33,278 nt of DNA from a virus. Its lineage: Duplodnaviria > Heunggongvirae > Uroviricota > Caudoviricetes. Within the stretch, counting starts at the first letter, position 1. Every line of letters begins with the position of its first letter. Below the pieces are notes generated by a model. It was not told the origin of the DNA and did no database searches. It saw only the letters and a list, made by a program, of their open reading frames with translations. Of this stretch, positions 16,432 to 25,100 are shown in pieces. The stretch covers positions 64,001-97,278 of the IMG/VR virus record IMGVR_UViG_3300045744_000007. One strand, 5' to 3'. Position numbers and translations under genes: made by a program.

Positions 16432-16647
16432 ATGGAGAAGAAGACGGTCCTTCTGGTCGACACCAGTGACGGGAAGCTGCCTCCGGCAGCCGGTGATTTG
16501 GGCAAGACGTCCTTCTGGACGGGGGACACAGTCCCCTTCCCCGGGGACGAGATCGTGACGGTCTGGGGCCCACGAGTCGTGACTCAGCGGAGGTACGACT
16601 CCCGGATCTCGACGGCCCCCTGGACCCTGGCGGTGAAGATGCCATGA
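16432..16647 (+). CDS. Hypothetical protein (71 aa)
   Basis: ORF coupled by an ATGA overlap to the next gene. Confidence 0.55.
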   Translation: MEKKTVLLVDTSDGKLPPAAGDLGKTSFWTGDTVPFPGDEIVTVWGPRVVTQRRYDSRISTAPWTLAVKMP

Positions 16648-17066
16648 GCGATTGGGAGCCCCCGACTGTCCATCCCGAGAAGTGGCCCTGTACCTGTGCC
16701 GTGGAGGGACTGGAAGAGGCCAACCGGGTGAGGGAGTACGTCAAGGATGCGCTCGGCGCAGACGAGTCGGATCTGGTCACCAGGATCGTCTACGACCTGA
16801 ACTCGGAGTACGGGGTGGAGATCGTGGGGATTCACTGTGATCAGTGGGGGGCAGTTCGATCCGAACGCTGGTATCCGATCGTCACTCCCCCGGAGAAGAA
16901 GCCGAGTCTTTTTATGCAGTGTGATCGCATTGAAGACGGCTTCATCTACACCTGGCTGTATTGGAAGCAGGAGACAGAAAGCGAGAAGAGTCGCAATGGT
17001 GCGACGCTCGATGCTGCACGAGATGAGAAAGATCGGCTGGGGCATGGACCAGTCGTCCGCTTCTGA
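16644..17066 (+). CDS. Hypothetical protein (140 aa)
   Basis: ATGA overlap with the upstream gene; coding-like codon usage. Confidence 0.6.
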   Translation: MSDWEPPTVHPEKWPCTCAVEGLEEANRVREYVKDALGADESDLVTRIVYDLNSEYGVEIVGIHCDQWGAVRSERWYPIVTPPEKKPSLFMQCDRIEDGFIYTWLYWKQETESEKSRNGATLDAARDEKDRLGHGPVVRF

Positions 17067-17229
17067 TCTGGCTCGTGCAGCTATCCACCGTATCGACGCC
17101 GAGGACTACGGCTCCGAGCTGGTGACGATGGCAACCCTGGCTTGGGATTCGCAGGAGAAGATTCGTGAACTGGAATGCAGAGTTCGCGAGCTGGAGTCTC
17201 TGGTTGACAACGAGCAACTAACCAACTAA
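17044..17229 (+). CDS. Hypothetical coiled-coil protein (~61 aa)
   Basis: MDQSSASDLARAAIHRID...EKIRELECRVRELESL; start uncertain. Confidence 0.5.
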   Translation: MDQSSASDLARAAIHRIDAEDYGSELVTMATLAWDSQEKIRELECRVRELESLVDNEQLTN

Positions 17230-17238
17230 GCTCGCCGC

Positions 17239-17382
17239 ATGGAGCCATCCGACTTCAACCGAATCTCCTTCCCCCGTGCCGACTTCGGGGGTTGGTCCTA
17301 CGACGTCTTCATCTGTCCCAAGTGCTCCGCCCTCGTTGCAAACCCCGGGGTGCACATCGATAGCGTCCATCCGGAGACCTGA
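17239..17382 (+). CDS. 47-aa micro-protein with CxxC...HxxxxH (putative Zn finger); not in the ORF track
   Basis: Read by hand: MEPSDFNRISFPRADFGGWSYDVFICPKCSALVANPGVHIDSVHPET; fills the gap between neighbours; weak SD. Confidence 0.5.
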   Translation: MEPSDFNRISFPRADFGGWSYDVFICPKCSALVANPGVHIDSVHPET

Positions 17383-17391
17383 GGAGGAGAC

Positions 17392-17490
17392 GTGCGCTAC
17401 GTCCGATCGCTGGCTGAGTGGGGCCTTCTTCTGGCCCTGCTTGGTGTAGCACTGAACGTCTGGATTCTGCCTCTGCTGAGAGCCTCGTGA
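17392..17490 (+). CDS. 32-aa single-pass membrane peptide; not in the ORF track
   Basis: GAGGAGG SD, then MRYVRSLAEWGLLLALLGVALNVWILPLLRAS; its stop overlaps the next start (GTGA). Confidence 0.65.
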   Translation: MRYVRSLAEWGLLLALLGVALNVWILPLLRAS

Positions 17491-17915
17491 TCGTAGGGTT
17501 CTCCGGCACGAGGCAAGGGATGACATCACCTCAGCTAGCGATCGTGGAGCAGTTGCTTCTTCCGACGACGGAGCTTCACCTGGGCGACTGCCTGGGCGCT
17601 GATGCAGAGGCGTACTGGCTCGCTGATGCCCTGCCTGTTCGGCCCCTTCGAGTGGGACACCCTCCCCTCGTCCCGAGCCTCAGGGCCCACCTGGCGTACG
17701 ACGTGGAGCGAGAGCCGCGCCCCTACCTGGAGCGCAATCGATCCATCGTGGAGGAGTCCGAGCTGTTGGTAGGGACTCCTGGAGGGCCGTCCTCGGGCAA
17801 TCGAGGTGGGACCTGGTACACGATCCGGTACGCCATGGGGAAGATCCCGGTCTACGTCGTGATGCCTGAGGGGAAGATCATGGCCTTCAACAAAGAGGGG
17901 CAACGCGTGAACTGA
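17487..17915 (+). CDS. SLOG-superfamily (DprA/YspA-like) nucleotide-binding protein
   Basis: IVGFSGTR, LHLGDCLGAD, YLERNRSIVEESELLVG and GGTWYTIRYA motifs; start reassigned to GTG 17487. Confidence 0.8.
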   Translation: MIVGFSGTRQGMTSPQLAIVEQLLLPTTELHLGDCLGADAEAYWLADALPVRPLRVGHPPLVPSLRAHLAYDVEREPRPYLERNRSIVEESELLVGTPGGPSSGNRGGTWYTIRYAMGKIPVYVVMPEGKIMAFNKEGQRVN

Positions 17916-18006
17916 ATTCAGATTCACGAAGAAGAGTTCTACTTTCAGGCTGGTGGATCTCTTCGCCTATGCTCGACCTGCAATAACCCGACCGAGAGGA
18001 GCACAG

Positions 18007-18450
18007 ATGAGGATTCGTATGTTCGCCCTGCTCGCCGCACCGGTGGTGCTGGCTGGTGGGATGGCGGTGGGCGCGGCTGCGCCCGCGATGGCGAGCGAGT
18101 GGAACCATGGCGTCGTGGACTATGGGGCGATCTACCCCAGTAACCCCGACTACGCGTCGTCCTTCAAGGTCTACACCTACGACAACGTCGTCTCTGGGGG
18201 CTACCGGAGCTTCGAGGCGTTCCGGGTCTCGAAGACGCAGGGGCCGTGTGGCATCGTGGGCGTCTCCATCTTCCACACCGGTCTCGACCGGACGGACAAC
18301 TGGGACCACGCCTGGCCGAATGGCGTGGCGTCCACGGGCATTCAGGACTCCGCCCCGGGCTGGGGCAACCGGTACTTCAAGTCGTTCAACGTCGTCTACA
18401 CGGTCGATACGATCTGTGGGAAGTTCAGGGTCGTGACCCAGCTCCGCTGA
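18007..18450 (+). CDS. Secreted protein (Sec signal peptide, two Cys in the mature part)
   Basis: GAGAGGAG SD; MRIRMFALLAAPVVLAGGMAVGAAAPAMA|SE has basic n-region, hydrophobic h-region and an A-x-A site. Confidence 0.75.
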   Translation: MRIRMFALLAAPVVLAGGMAVGAAAPAMASEWNHGVVDYGAIYPSNPDYASSFKVYTYDNVVSGGYRSFEAFRVSKTQGPCGIVGVSIFHTGLDRTDNWDHAWPNGVASTGIQDSAPGWGNRYFKSFNVVYTVDTICGKFRVVTQLR

Positions 18451-18465
18451 AGAGGGTGATCATCA

Positions 18466-18588
18466 GTGTCTTCGACTGCCTGGGTCAAGGCCAGTAAGTC
18501 CGGAAATTCCGGCAACTGTGTCGAGATGAGGAAAGTTGACGACGAGCACGACGACGGAGTGGACCAAGGCGTCCCGCTGTGCAAATAA
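18466..18588 (+). CDS. 40-aa ORF carrying a DUF397 N-terminal motif (WVKASKSGNSGNCVEMRK); not in the ORF track
   Basis: GAGGG SD 9 nt before GTG; translated by hand. Confidence 0.55.
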   Translation: MSSTAWVKASKSGNSGNCVEMRKVDDEHDDGVDQGVPLCK

Positions 18589-18634
18589 CGGGTGCGTCGA
18601 GGTCAGGAGGGTTGAAAGTGAGCGAGACAACTGA
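18536..18634 (+). CDS. 32-aa ORF carrying a second DUF397 N-terminal motif (WTKASRCANNGCVEVRR); not in the ORF track
   Basis: Frame +1 relative to the previous ORF; TTG start with a very short SD spacing, so it may instead be entered by frameshift. Confidence 0.45.
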   Translation: MTTSTTTEWTKASRCANNGCVEVRRVESERDN

Positions 18635-18842
18635 GTGGATCAGGGCCTCTCGCTGTACGACGGATGGCTGTGTGGAGGCGCGCTCGAGTAGCGCGCGAAT
18701 CGAGGTGCGTGACTCCAAGCTGGGTGACGACTCTCCGATTCTGTCCTTCACTGTGGCCGAGTGGGAAGCATGGCTCGATGGGGCCAAGAAAGGGGAGTTC
18801 GATTTCCTCCTGGGAGGGGTTGAAGGTACGCCTTCGGCCTGA
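18618..18842 (+). CDS. DUF397 (BldB-like) family protein, 74 aa
   Basis: WIRASRC...GCVE...EVRDSK...PILSFTVAEWEAWLDGAKKGEFD is the canonical DUF397 pattern; AGGAGGG SD 6 nt before GTG 18618. Confidence 0.88.
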   Translation: MSETTEWIRASRCTTDGCVEARSSSARIEVRDSKLGDDSPILSFTVAEWEAWLDGAKKGEFDFLLGGVEGTPSA

Positions 18843-18880
18843 CTAGGGTCTGGATCGAACTTCCCTTGCTCTCCCTCAAA

Positions 18881-18916
18881 CGAAGCTCCCGGGTTCCCCT
18901 CCTCCCGGGAGCTTCG
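18881..18916 (+). terminator. 13-bp perfect hairpin terminator ending the accessory island
   Basis: CGAAGCTCCCGGG-N10-CCCGGGAGCTTCG followed by TGCTGTTT. Confidence 0.75.
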
Positions 18917-18990
18917 TGCTGTTTGGAGCCCGAATCCTCTTGCCGATGGTCTATTCGACCCGGGCCGTCGATTCGAGGAGGGCTTGACCC

Positions 18991-19506
18991 GTGGCGCGTG
19001 GACAGAGCAGTCGTGATCTGTTGGGCGATGACACGTCGGTGCCGGAGGTGCCTTCTCCCTCCAAGGTGTTCGAGCCGTCGCTGGACGTCGAGAGGCCGAC
19101 CCCGGAAGCTGAGCTGACCCCGGACCAGAAGAAGATCCGGGATCTGGAGCACCGGCTGGCGCAGGCCGAGACGAAGAAGTTCGACACGGCAGCCGAGGAG
19201 CTGGACGAGCTGGGCGAGGACGGCTCGAAGACAATCCTCATCCACATCCTCAAGGACGGATTCACTGCCCTGGATCGGGTCTGGTACCGGGGGCAGGAGA
19301 TCGAGTTCGAGGTCGGTGGGCGCGCTCATGAGCAGACCAAGGATCGGACCGGTCAGTCCTGGCTCGCCTTCGATGAGGGAGAGCAGATGCGGCGCTGGGG
19401 CGACGTGATGTTCCGGAGAGGTCCCTGGCCGGGCTCCGGTTGGGCCGATACCGCCGCCGCAGAGGCTGAGCGGAAGCGCGCTCGAAGGGCCCCGGTGATC
19501 AAGTGA
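18991..19506 (+). CDS. Hypothetical protein (171 aa)
   Basis: GAGGAGG SD; high GC3; first gene of a tightly coupled run. Confidence 0.75.
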   Translation: MARGQSSRDLLGDDTSVPEVPSPSKVFEPSLDVERPTPEAELTPDQKKIRDLEHRLAQAETKKFDTAAEELDELGEDGSKTILIHILKDGFTALDRVWYRGQEIEFEVGGRAHEQTKDRTGQSWLAFDEGEQMRRWGDVMFRRGPWPGSGWADTAAAEAERKRARRAPVIK

Positions 19507-19811
19507 TTGGAACCCTGCTGTCGGTGACGCGGCGCTGGGAGTGCCCGAGGGGCTGTGGCTTCAAGCACACGACCCATCAGGCTGCTCCTCACTCGCCCTA
19601 CCACGCCTGCCCGCAGTTCGGTGGCATGGAAGTTCCTCTCGTGGATGAGGGGACGAAGGCCAAGGTCGAGAAGACCGAGCGGGAGGACTTCATCAATGGG
19701 GAGACCGTTCGTCTCGATGACGAGGGCCGCCCGGTGATGGCTGTTCGAGTGACGACGGATGAGGGCGAGCGCGTCAATGTCTTCGCCCCGACTGCGGGAG
19801 CGCGACTGTGA
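19503..19811 (+). CDS. Hypothetical protein (102 aa), Cys/His-containing N-terminus
   Basis: GTGA overlaps at both ends; CPRGC...HACP. Confidence 0.7.
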   Translation: MIGTLLSVTRRWECPRGCGFKHTTHQAAPHSPYHACPQFGGMEVPLVDEGTKAKVEKTEREDFINGETVRLDDEGRPVMAVRVTTDEGERVNVFAPTAGARL

Positions 19812-20137
19812 CTGAGGACCAGCAGAGGCACTTGGACTTCCTCCGTGCCTGCGTGGACTACTACGAGAGGACGGTCGAGGAGCAGGAGAACTCCCTCGCC
19901 CGCCTTCAGGACAAGGTCGAGGAGGCTCAAGCCGAGCTGACCGCGATGCAAGAGGCTCTGGTGTCGGCGCAAGGCGCACTGGACCGGGCAAACGAGGACG
20001 CCGAGGGATCGCGGAGCGAGCTGGCCGCCTACCTCGAAGAGCTGGACTCTGGCGGGCCTGTGAACGAGGACGAATCCCCCGTTGCGGGCACAGGCGTGGG
20101 TGCCAACAACGCAACGATCCGCACAGAGGAGAGCTAG
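19808..20137 (+). CDS. Hypothetical coiled-coil protein (109 aa)
   Basis: Heptad-like acidic helix; GTGA overlap. Confidence 0.7.
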   Translation: MTEDQQRHLDFLRACVDYYERTVEEQENSLARLQDKVEEAQAELTAMQEALVSAQGALDRANEDAEGSRSELAAYLEELDSGGPVNEDESPVAGTGVGANNATIRTEES

Positions 20138-20139
20138 GA

Positions 20140-20613
20140 ATGGCCTGGTCTGCATCGAAGGTGTTCCGCCAGTACATCGCGGATAGCCTGAACCGTACGA
20201 CTGCTTTCGACCTGAACTCCGACGCGTTCAAGGTCGCGCTCTACAACAACTCGATCACCCCGGACCTCGATGTCACGGCCGCGAACGGGGCCTACAACGC
20301 TGGGCAGTGGGTGAACACCAACGAGGTGTCGCAGTCTGGTCAGTGGGCCGCAGGCGGCGTGGCGCTGACCTCGGTGGTGGTGGACACCTCCACGACCGCA
20401 GTCGTGATGTTCGACGCGGCCGACACCGCCTCGGGCTCTGCGGCGACGCTGAGCAACGTCTATGGCTGCCTCGTCTACGACGACACGCTGACGACCCCGG
20501 TCGCTGACCAGGGCGTTTGCTACAACTACTTCGGTGGTGCCAACTCGGTGACGGCGGGCACGCTGACGGTGGTCTGGAACTCCAACGGGATCATGCGCTT
20601 TACGGTCTCCTGA
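20140..20613 (+). CDS. Putative virion structural protein (fibre-associated)
   Basis: FKVALYNNSITPD...TNEVS..G.WAAGGVAL...MFDAAD pattern resembles a family often found before phage fibre genes (recalled, not searched). Confidence 0.55.
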   Translation: MAWSASKVFRQYIADSLNRTTAFDLNSDAFKVALYNNSITPDLDVTAANGAYNAGQWVNTNEVSQSGQWAAGGVALTSVVVDTSTTAVVMFDAADTASGSAATLSNVYGCLVYDDTLTTPVADQGVCYNYFGGANSVTAGTLTVVWNSNGIMRFTVS

Positions 20614-20627
20614 GCGATTGGACCTCG

Positions 20628-22100
20628 GTGCCTCTCCGAATCGTCAACCGCCGGTTCTTCAACGGTGGTGGCGTCGTCAGTGCGGCGGCAGGCACGGCTC
20701 AAGTGGGAAGCGCTGCATCTGCTTCTCCGAGCCGTGTCTCGCCGCGCCCTGCCGTCAACGATCTGGCTGTCCTGGGGTCCAGTGCGACTATCAACAAGAC
20801 CGGTGGGGCAGGAGCTTCGGCCGGTCTGGTGACCGTCTCGGCCATCAGTGCGTCCGTCGCGACGGGCGTGCAGACCATCACGCACGGCTCGCAGCTCACG
20901 TCCGCCTACGTTGGCCCTTGGGCCCTTCAGGGGACGACCAAGGGCTCTGAGAGCCTCCTGTCGGTCGCTGGGCCGTCTCGGGGCTATTGGAGGTTCGACG
21001 CCCCGGACGAGTTCTCGTCCTCGACGGCGTGGCCGAGCAACGCGAACGACTCCAACCCGAGCATCCTCAACAACACCTCGCTGCACTATGGGACCGTCAC
21101 AGGTTCTCCGGTCACGATCGATGGCTTTTCCATCCCGGTCGGAACCAGGATCGTGCAGTTCGTCAACCTGCCGGACGGCTACGACTTCTTGTGTCAGGAC
21201 ACCTCGCTCAAGGTGTTGTTCCGGGGCTGTCGATTCCGGTGGGCATCTGGTGTCGGTGGGTCGAGTATCTTTAACGACAATGGGGCACCTGCGGCTCAGC
21301 GAATCATGATGCATTGGTGCGACGTCGGTTACCCGTCCACCAACCTCGCTGCCAATGCAACAGGGCTCATGCACTGGAAGATGCTCGGGGGCCAGAATCA
21401 CCGGGTCTACCGGACGTACTCCAGCATCACCTCCACGCACTTCCAGCCGAATACGCAGGGCTGTGAGTTCATCGAGAACTTGCTGGAGCATCGAATCTTC
21501 CCGTATGGGGAGTCCGGGACCAGTGGTGCATTTGATAACTCGGTGCTCCACCTGAATGGGATCTCGTGCGAGGGCGGGCTGACCTCTATCAAGATTCTGA
21601 GGAACAAGATCCTCTGTGAGTCCCCCGACGTCACGACCGGGACGAGTGGGGGCACGAACGCAGGTCAGGTGGGCTATGGCCTCCTGCCAGCGCATGTGGG
21701 CTACGGCTCGGGGACCAACCCCGGCCGCCTCACGGGCCAGACGGACTGTATCGCCCTATTCACCACCAATGGTCTGGCGAATGTCGGTGATGGTGTTACC
21801 GACCTGCAGATCAAAGACAATTACTGTGCTGGTTCTGGTGTGCCGATCTACGCAGGCAACAATGGTGGAGGCGCTAAGGGCGTCATCTTCACCGGGAACC
21901 GAATCGGCACTGAATACTGGACAGACGGCGGGCTCCATGGTCCCTTGACGGACATTCCTGCGTGGGGCACGAACCGAAATGTGCAGAGCGACAACCTGTG
22001 GGCCAATGATTATGGGACCGGGGGCAATGGCTGTACTGCCCTCGCGAATCGTCAGTACCCGCTAGGCAACGGGCCGAGGGCCGGGACGAGCTTCGCCTGA
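20628..22100 (+). CDS. Putative fibre/spike protein with beta-helix-like C-terminal domain (possible depolymerase)
   Basis: Ala/Ser-rich N-terminus, then recurring strand motifs (CEFIENLLE, IKILRNKILC, LQIKDNYC, VIFTGNRIG, VQSDNLW). Start reassigned to GTG 20628. Confidence 0.6.
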   Translation: MPLRIVNRRFFNGGGVVSAAAGTAQVGSAASASPSRVSPRPAVNDLAVLGSSATINKTGGAGASAGLVTVSAISASVATGVQTITHGSQLTSAYVGPWALQGTTKGSESLLSVAGPSRGYWRFDAPDEFSSSTAWPSNANDSNPSILNNTSLHYGTVTGSPVTIDGFSIPVGTRIVQFVNLPDGYDFLCQDTSLKVLFRGCRFRWASGVGGSSIFNDNGAPAAQRIMMHWCDVGYPSTNLAANATGLMHWKMLGGQNHRVYRTYSSITSTHFQPNTQGCEFIENLLEHRIFPYGESGTSGAFDNSVLHLNGISCEGGLTSIKILRNKILCESPDVTTGTSGGTNAGQVGYGLLPAHVGYGSGTNPGRLTGQTDCIALFTTNGLANVGDGVTDLQIKDNYCAGSGVPIYAGNNGGGAKGVIFTGNRIGTEYWTDGGLHGPLTDIPAWGTNRNVQSDNLWANDYGTGGNGCTALANRQYPLGNGPRAGTSFA

Positions 22101-22152
22101 CAGCCGAAGTTTCTGTGTGAGGGCCGCACAGGAGAGTGGAGGTTGTTGAGGC

Positions 22153-25100
22153 ATGGCTATTGCCGTAGACGCCTCCTCCGCAGCGGGTGTGTCTCAGACC
22201 AACAGTGCCACTCTGACGCTAGCGACAGGCTCTTTTACTCCGCCTTCCGGCTCGGTGATTCTGGCGTCGTGGCAGGGCAACTCGGCAACGGCTAACCCCA
22301 CCGCGCCCACGATCGCGAACTCGGGTGGCTTGACGTTCACCGCGGTCAACATCCGGACCAGCGCGGACACTGGTGGTGCCCATGGGCAGGCCGCCATGTG
22401 GTACGCGATCGTCTCCACGTCGCCCGGTGCCATGACGGTGACCGTGACGAACAACGCCGCCTCCGGATCTCGGCAGGCGAGGCTCAGGGTCCTGGTCCTC
22501 ACGGGAGCAGACACCACGACGCCCATCGCGAGCAGTGGTGAGGGCACGGACTCCGGTGGGGCGCTCGACACCCTGTCTTACACCTCCACGGTGGCGAACT
22601 CGGTTGGGTTCGCGTCGGTGTCGGACTGGGACGTCTCGTCCACGACCTTCACGGCAGCGTCCGGGACGACCATCGATGACTCGCAGTCGGTCGGGGCCTC
22701 GATCAACTGCGCGACGCTCAAGCAGACGACGCCGACCACCTCTGGCTCCACGATCTCCCTTGGTCTCACGTCGCCCACCTCGACCCAGTGGAACTACGTC
22801 TGGGCAGAGATCCGCCCCGCTTCGACGTCGGGTACTTCGGCCAGCGCAGCCAACACGGCAGCGAGCGTCACGAGTAGCTCGGCTCAGTCGTCGGTCAAGC
22901 CTTCGGCCTCGGCCACGAGTGTGGCTCCGGCTGCCCAGGGAGCCGTTGGCTCGGTCAAGGGCGTGGCGTCGCTCGCTGGGACCGGTGCCAGCGCTCAGAG
23001 CGCGCTTGGGGGCGTCGGTCCGGCCGCTGGGGGCACGGGGACCAGTGCCGGGGCACAAGGCGCTGTCAATGGCGTCCGGGGAGCCGCCTCGCTCGGGAGC
23101 GCGACGGCTAGCGCTCCCAGTGCCGCGGCTGGTGCCGGGAGCTTGGCCGGGGGTCCTGGGGTCAGTGGGTCCGCGCTGGGGACCTCGAACCAGGTTCAGG
23201 GAACGGCATCCTCAAGCGGGACGACGGCCAGTACGCCTTCTCCTGGACTCTCGGGGTCTACCAGTGCCGGTGCGCCGGGGGTCGGCGCTGGTGTGCAGTC
23301 GGTCGCCACACCGATCAACGTTCGCGCTGGTATGGCGGGAGTCGCGCCGTCCGCAGTTAATGGGACAGCAACGAACGGTGTCGCTGCTGCGGCTGGGCTG
23401 GCTGGGGTCGCAATAGGGGTTCCGGCTTCCGCTCCTGGAACTGCCTCCGGGATCGGAGCGAGTGGTGTCGGGGCGAGCGCTCAGGTTCCGGGTGCCGGAG
23501 CCGGAGCTAGTTCCGGTGTCAGTGGTGTGGGTGTTAGTGCGCCGACTCCGAGCCCGAGTGCCGGGGCCAGTGCACAGACTCCGAGTTCTGGAGCTGGCGC
23601 GCAGACTCCTGGCTCGGGAGTCACGGCGAGTTCTGGAGCGAGTGGTGTGGGGGCGGGGGCACAGCTCCTCAGCTCCGGGGTCAAGCCGAGTTCTGGGCTG
23701 GGTGGTGTCGGGGCAGACGCTCAGCTTCCTAGCTCGGGGATCGGGTCGAGTGGTGGAGCGAGTGGGGCCAGCGCTGGGGCGCTGGGTGTGGGGAGTGGAT
23801 TCAGCTTCCCCGTTGGAACCGGTGGTGTCGGGGCCAGCGCGCCGGGCGCGGGAGTGGGATCCGGCCTCCCTGCCGGAACAGGTGGTGTCGGGGCAGGCGC
23901 GCTGGGAGCTGGGACAGGATCCAGCTCTCTCGCTGGGACGAGTGGTGTCGGGGTAGGAGCAGGCGCTTCTACCTCCGGGGTTGGGGCCAGCGGTGGAGCA
24001 GGAGGAGTTGGGGCGGGGGCTCAGACTCCGAGTTCTGGGGTTGGTGCCAGTGTCGGGACGAGTGGTGCCGGGGCGAGTTCCCCGAACGGAGATGCGGAGA
24101 CCCCTGTGGCTGTAGATACCTTCTGGAATGGGTCTCCTCCGGCCTGGACCGGCTCGGACGACGACGCTCCGTTGGCAGTCGGTATGGCCTTCTCGGTCCT
24201 CGTGAGTGGGCAGTGCACTGGGGTGCGCTTCCACACCAACACGACCGAGTCCGGGACGGTGGTGGCTCAGCTCCACACCAACACCGGGACCTTGCTGGCG
24301 TCCAAGAATGGGCCTACGAACCCGACTGCGGGCTCCTACGACATCACGTTCGACACCCCGCAGACTCTCAACACGAGCACGATCTACGTCGTCTCGATCT
24401 GGCACCCCGAGGGCCGCTACAGCTACACCACGAACCCGTCGCAGTTCCAAGCCGACTTCACCTCGCCCGGGGGGACGCTCTTCACCTCGGACCAGGGTGG
24501 GTACGGCCCGGGGCGGTTCGTCTACGGTGCGAGCGCGGGTGCTCTCCCGAATGGGAACTCGCAGACCTGGTACGGGGCAGAGCCGATCTTCAGCACTGTC
24601 TCGGCAGGAACGAACGCGAGCGCTGCCAACGCTCCGGTGACGGGGCAGAGCAACGGTGTCGGGAGCAACGTCACCGCCGGAGGCGTGGGCTCGACCGGTG
24701 CCGCCGCATCGGCAAGCAACGCGACGATCAGCTCGGCCAACAATGCAACGGCCTCTGCGGGGCTGGCGAGCACGGCGGTGTTGGGCATCACGGCCGCCGT
24801 CAATTCCAGCTCCGGGACGACGTACGAAACGCTGTTCGGGGGTTCGCCTCCGGCCTTCACTGGCTCGGACGACGATCCGAGCCCGCTCACTCTGGGTCTG
24901 GCGTTCTCGGTGCTGTCGAGTGGCTCCCTGGCTGGGGTGGAAGTCTCGACAGCAACGACCGAGACCGGGACCTGGGTGGCGTTGCTCTACGACAACGCCG
25001 GGAACCAGCTCGCCACGAAGAACGGGCCGACCAACCCGGGGGCAGGTACCTACCGGGTGTTCTTCGATACGCCGGTCACGGTGAACACGGGGACGATCTA

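Noticed and set aside
17385-17495. Possible tRNA-sized non-coding gap
   Set aside because: No T-loop (GTTCRA) or cloverleaf; better explained as a 32-aa membrane peptide with a strong SD. No tRNA gene was recognised anywhere in the window.
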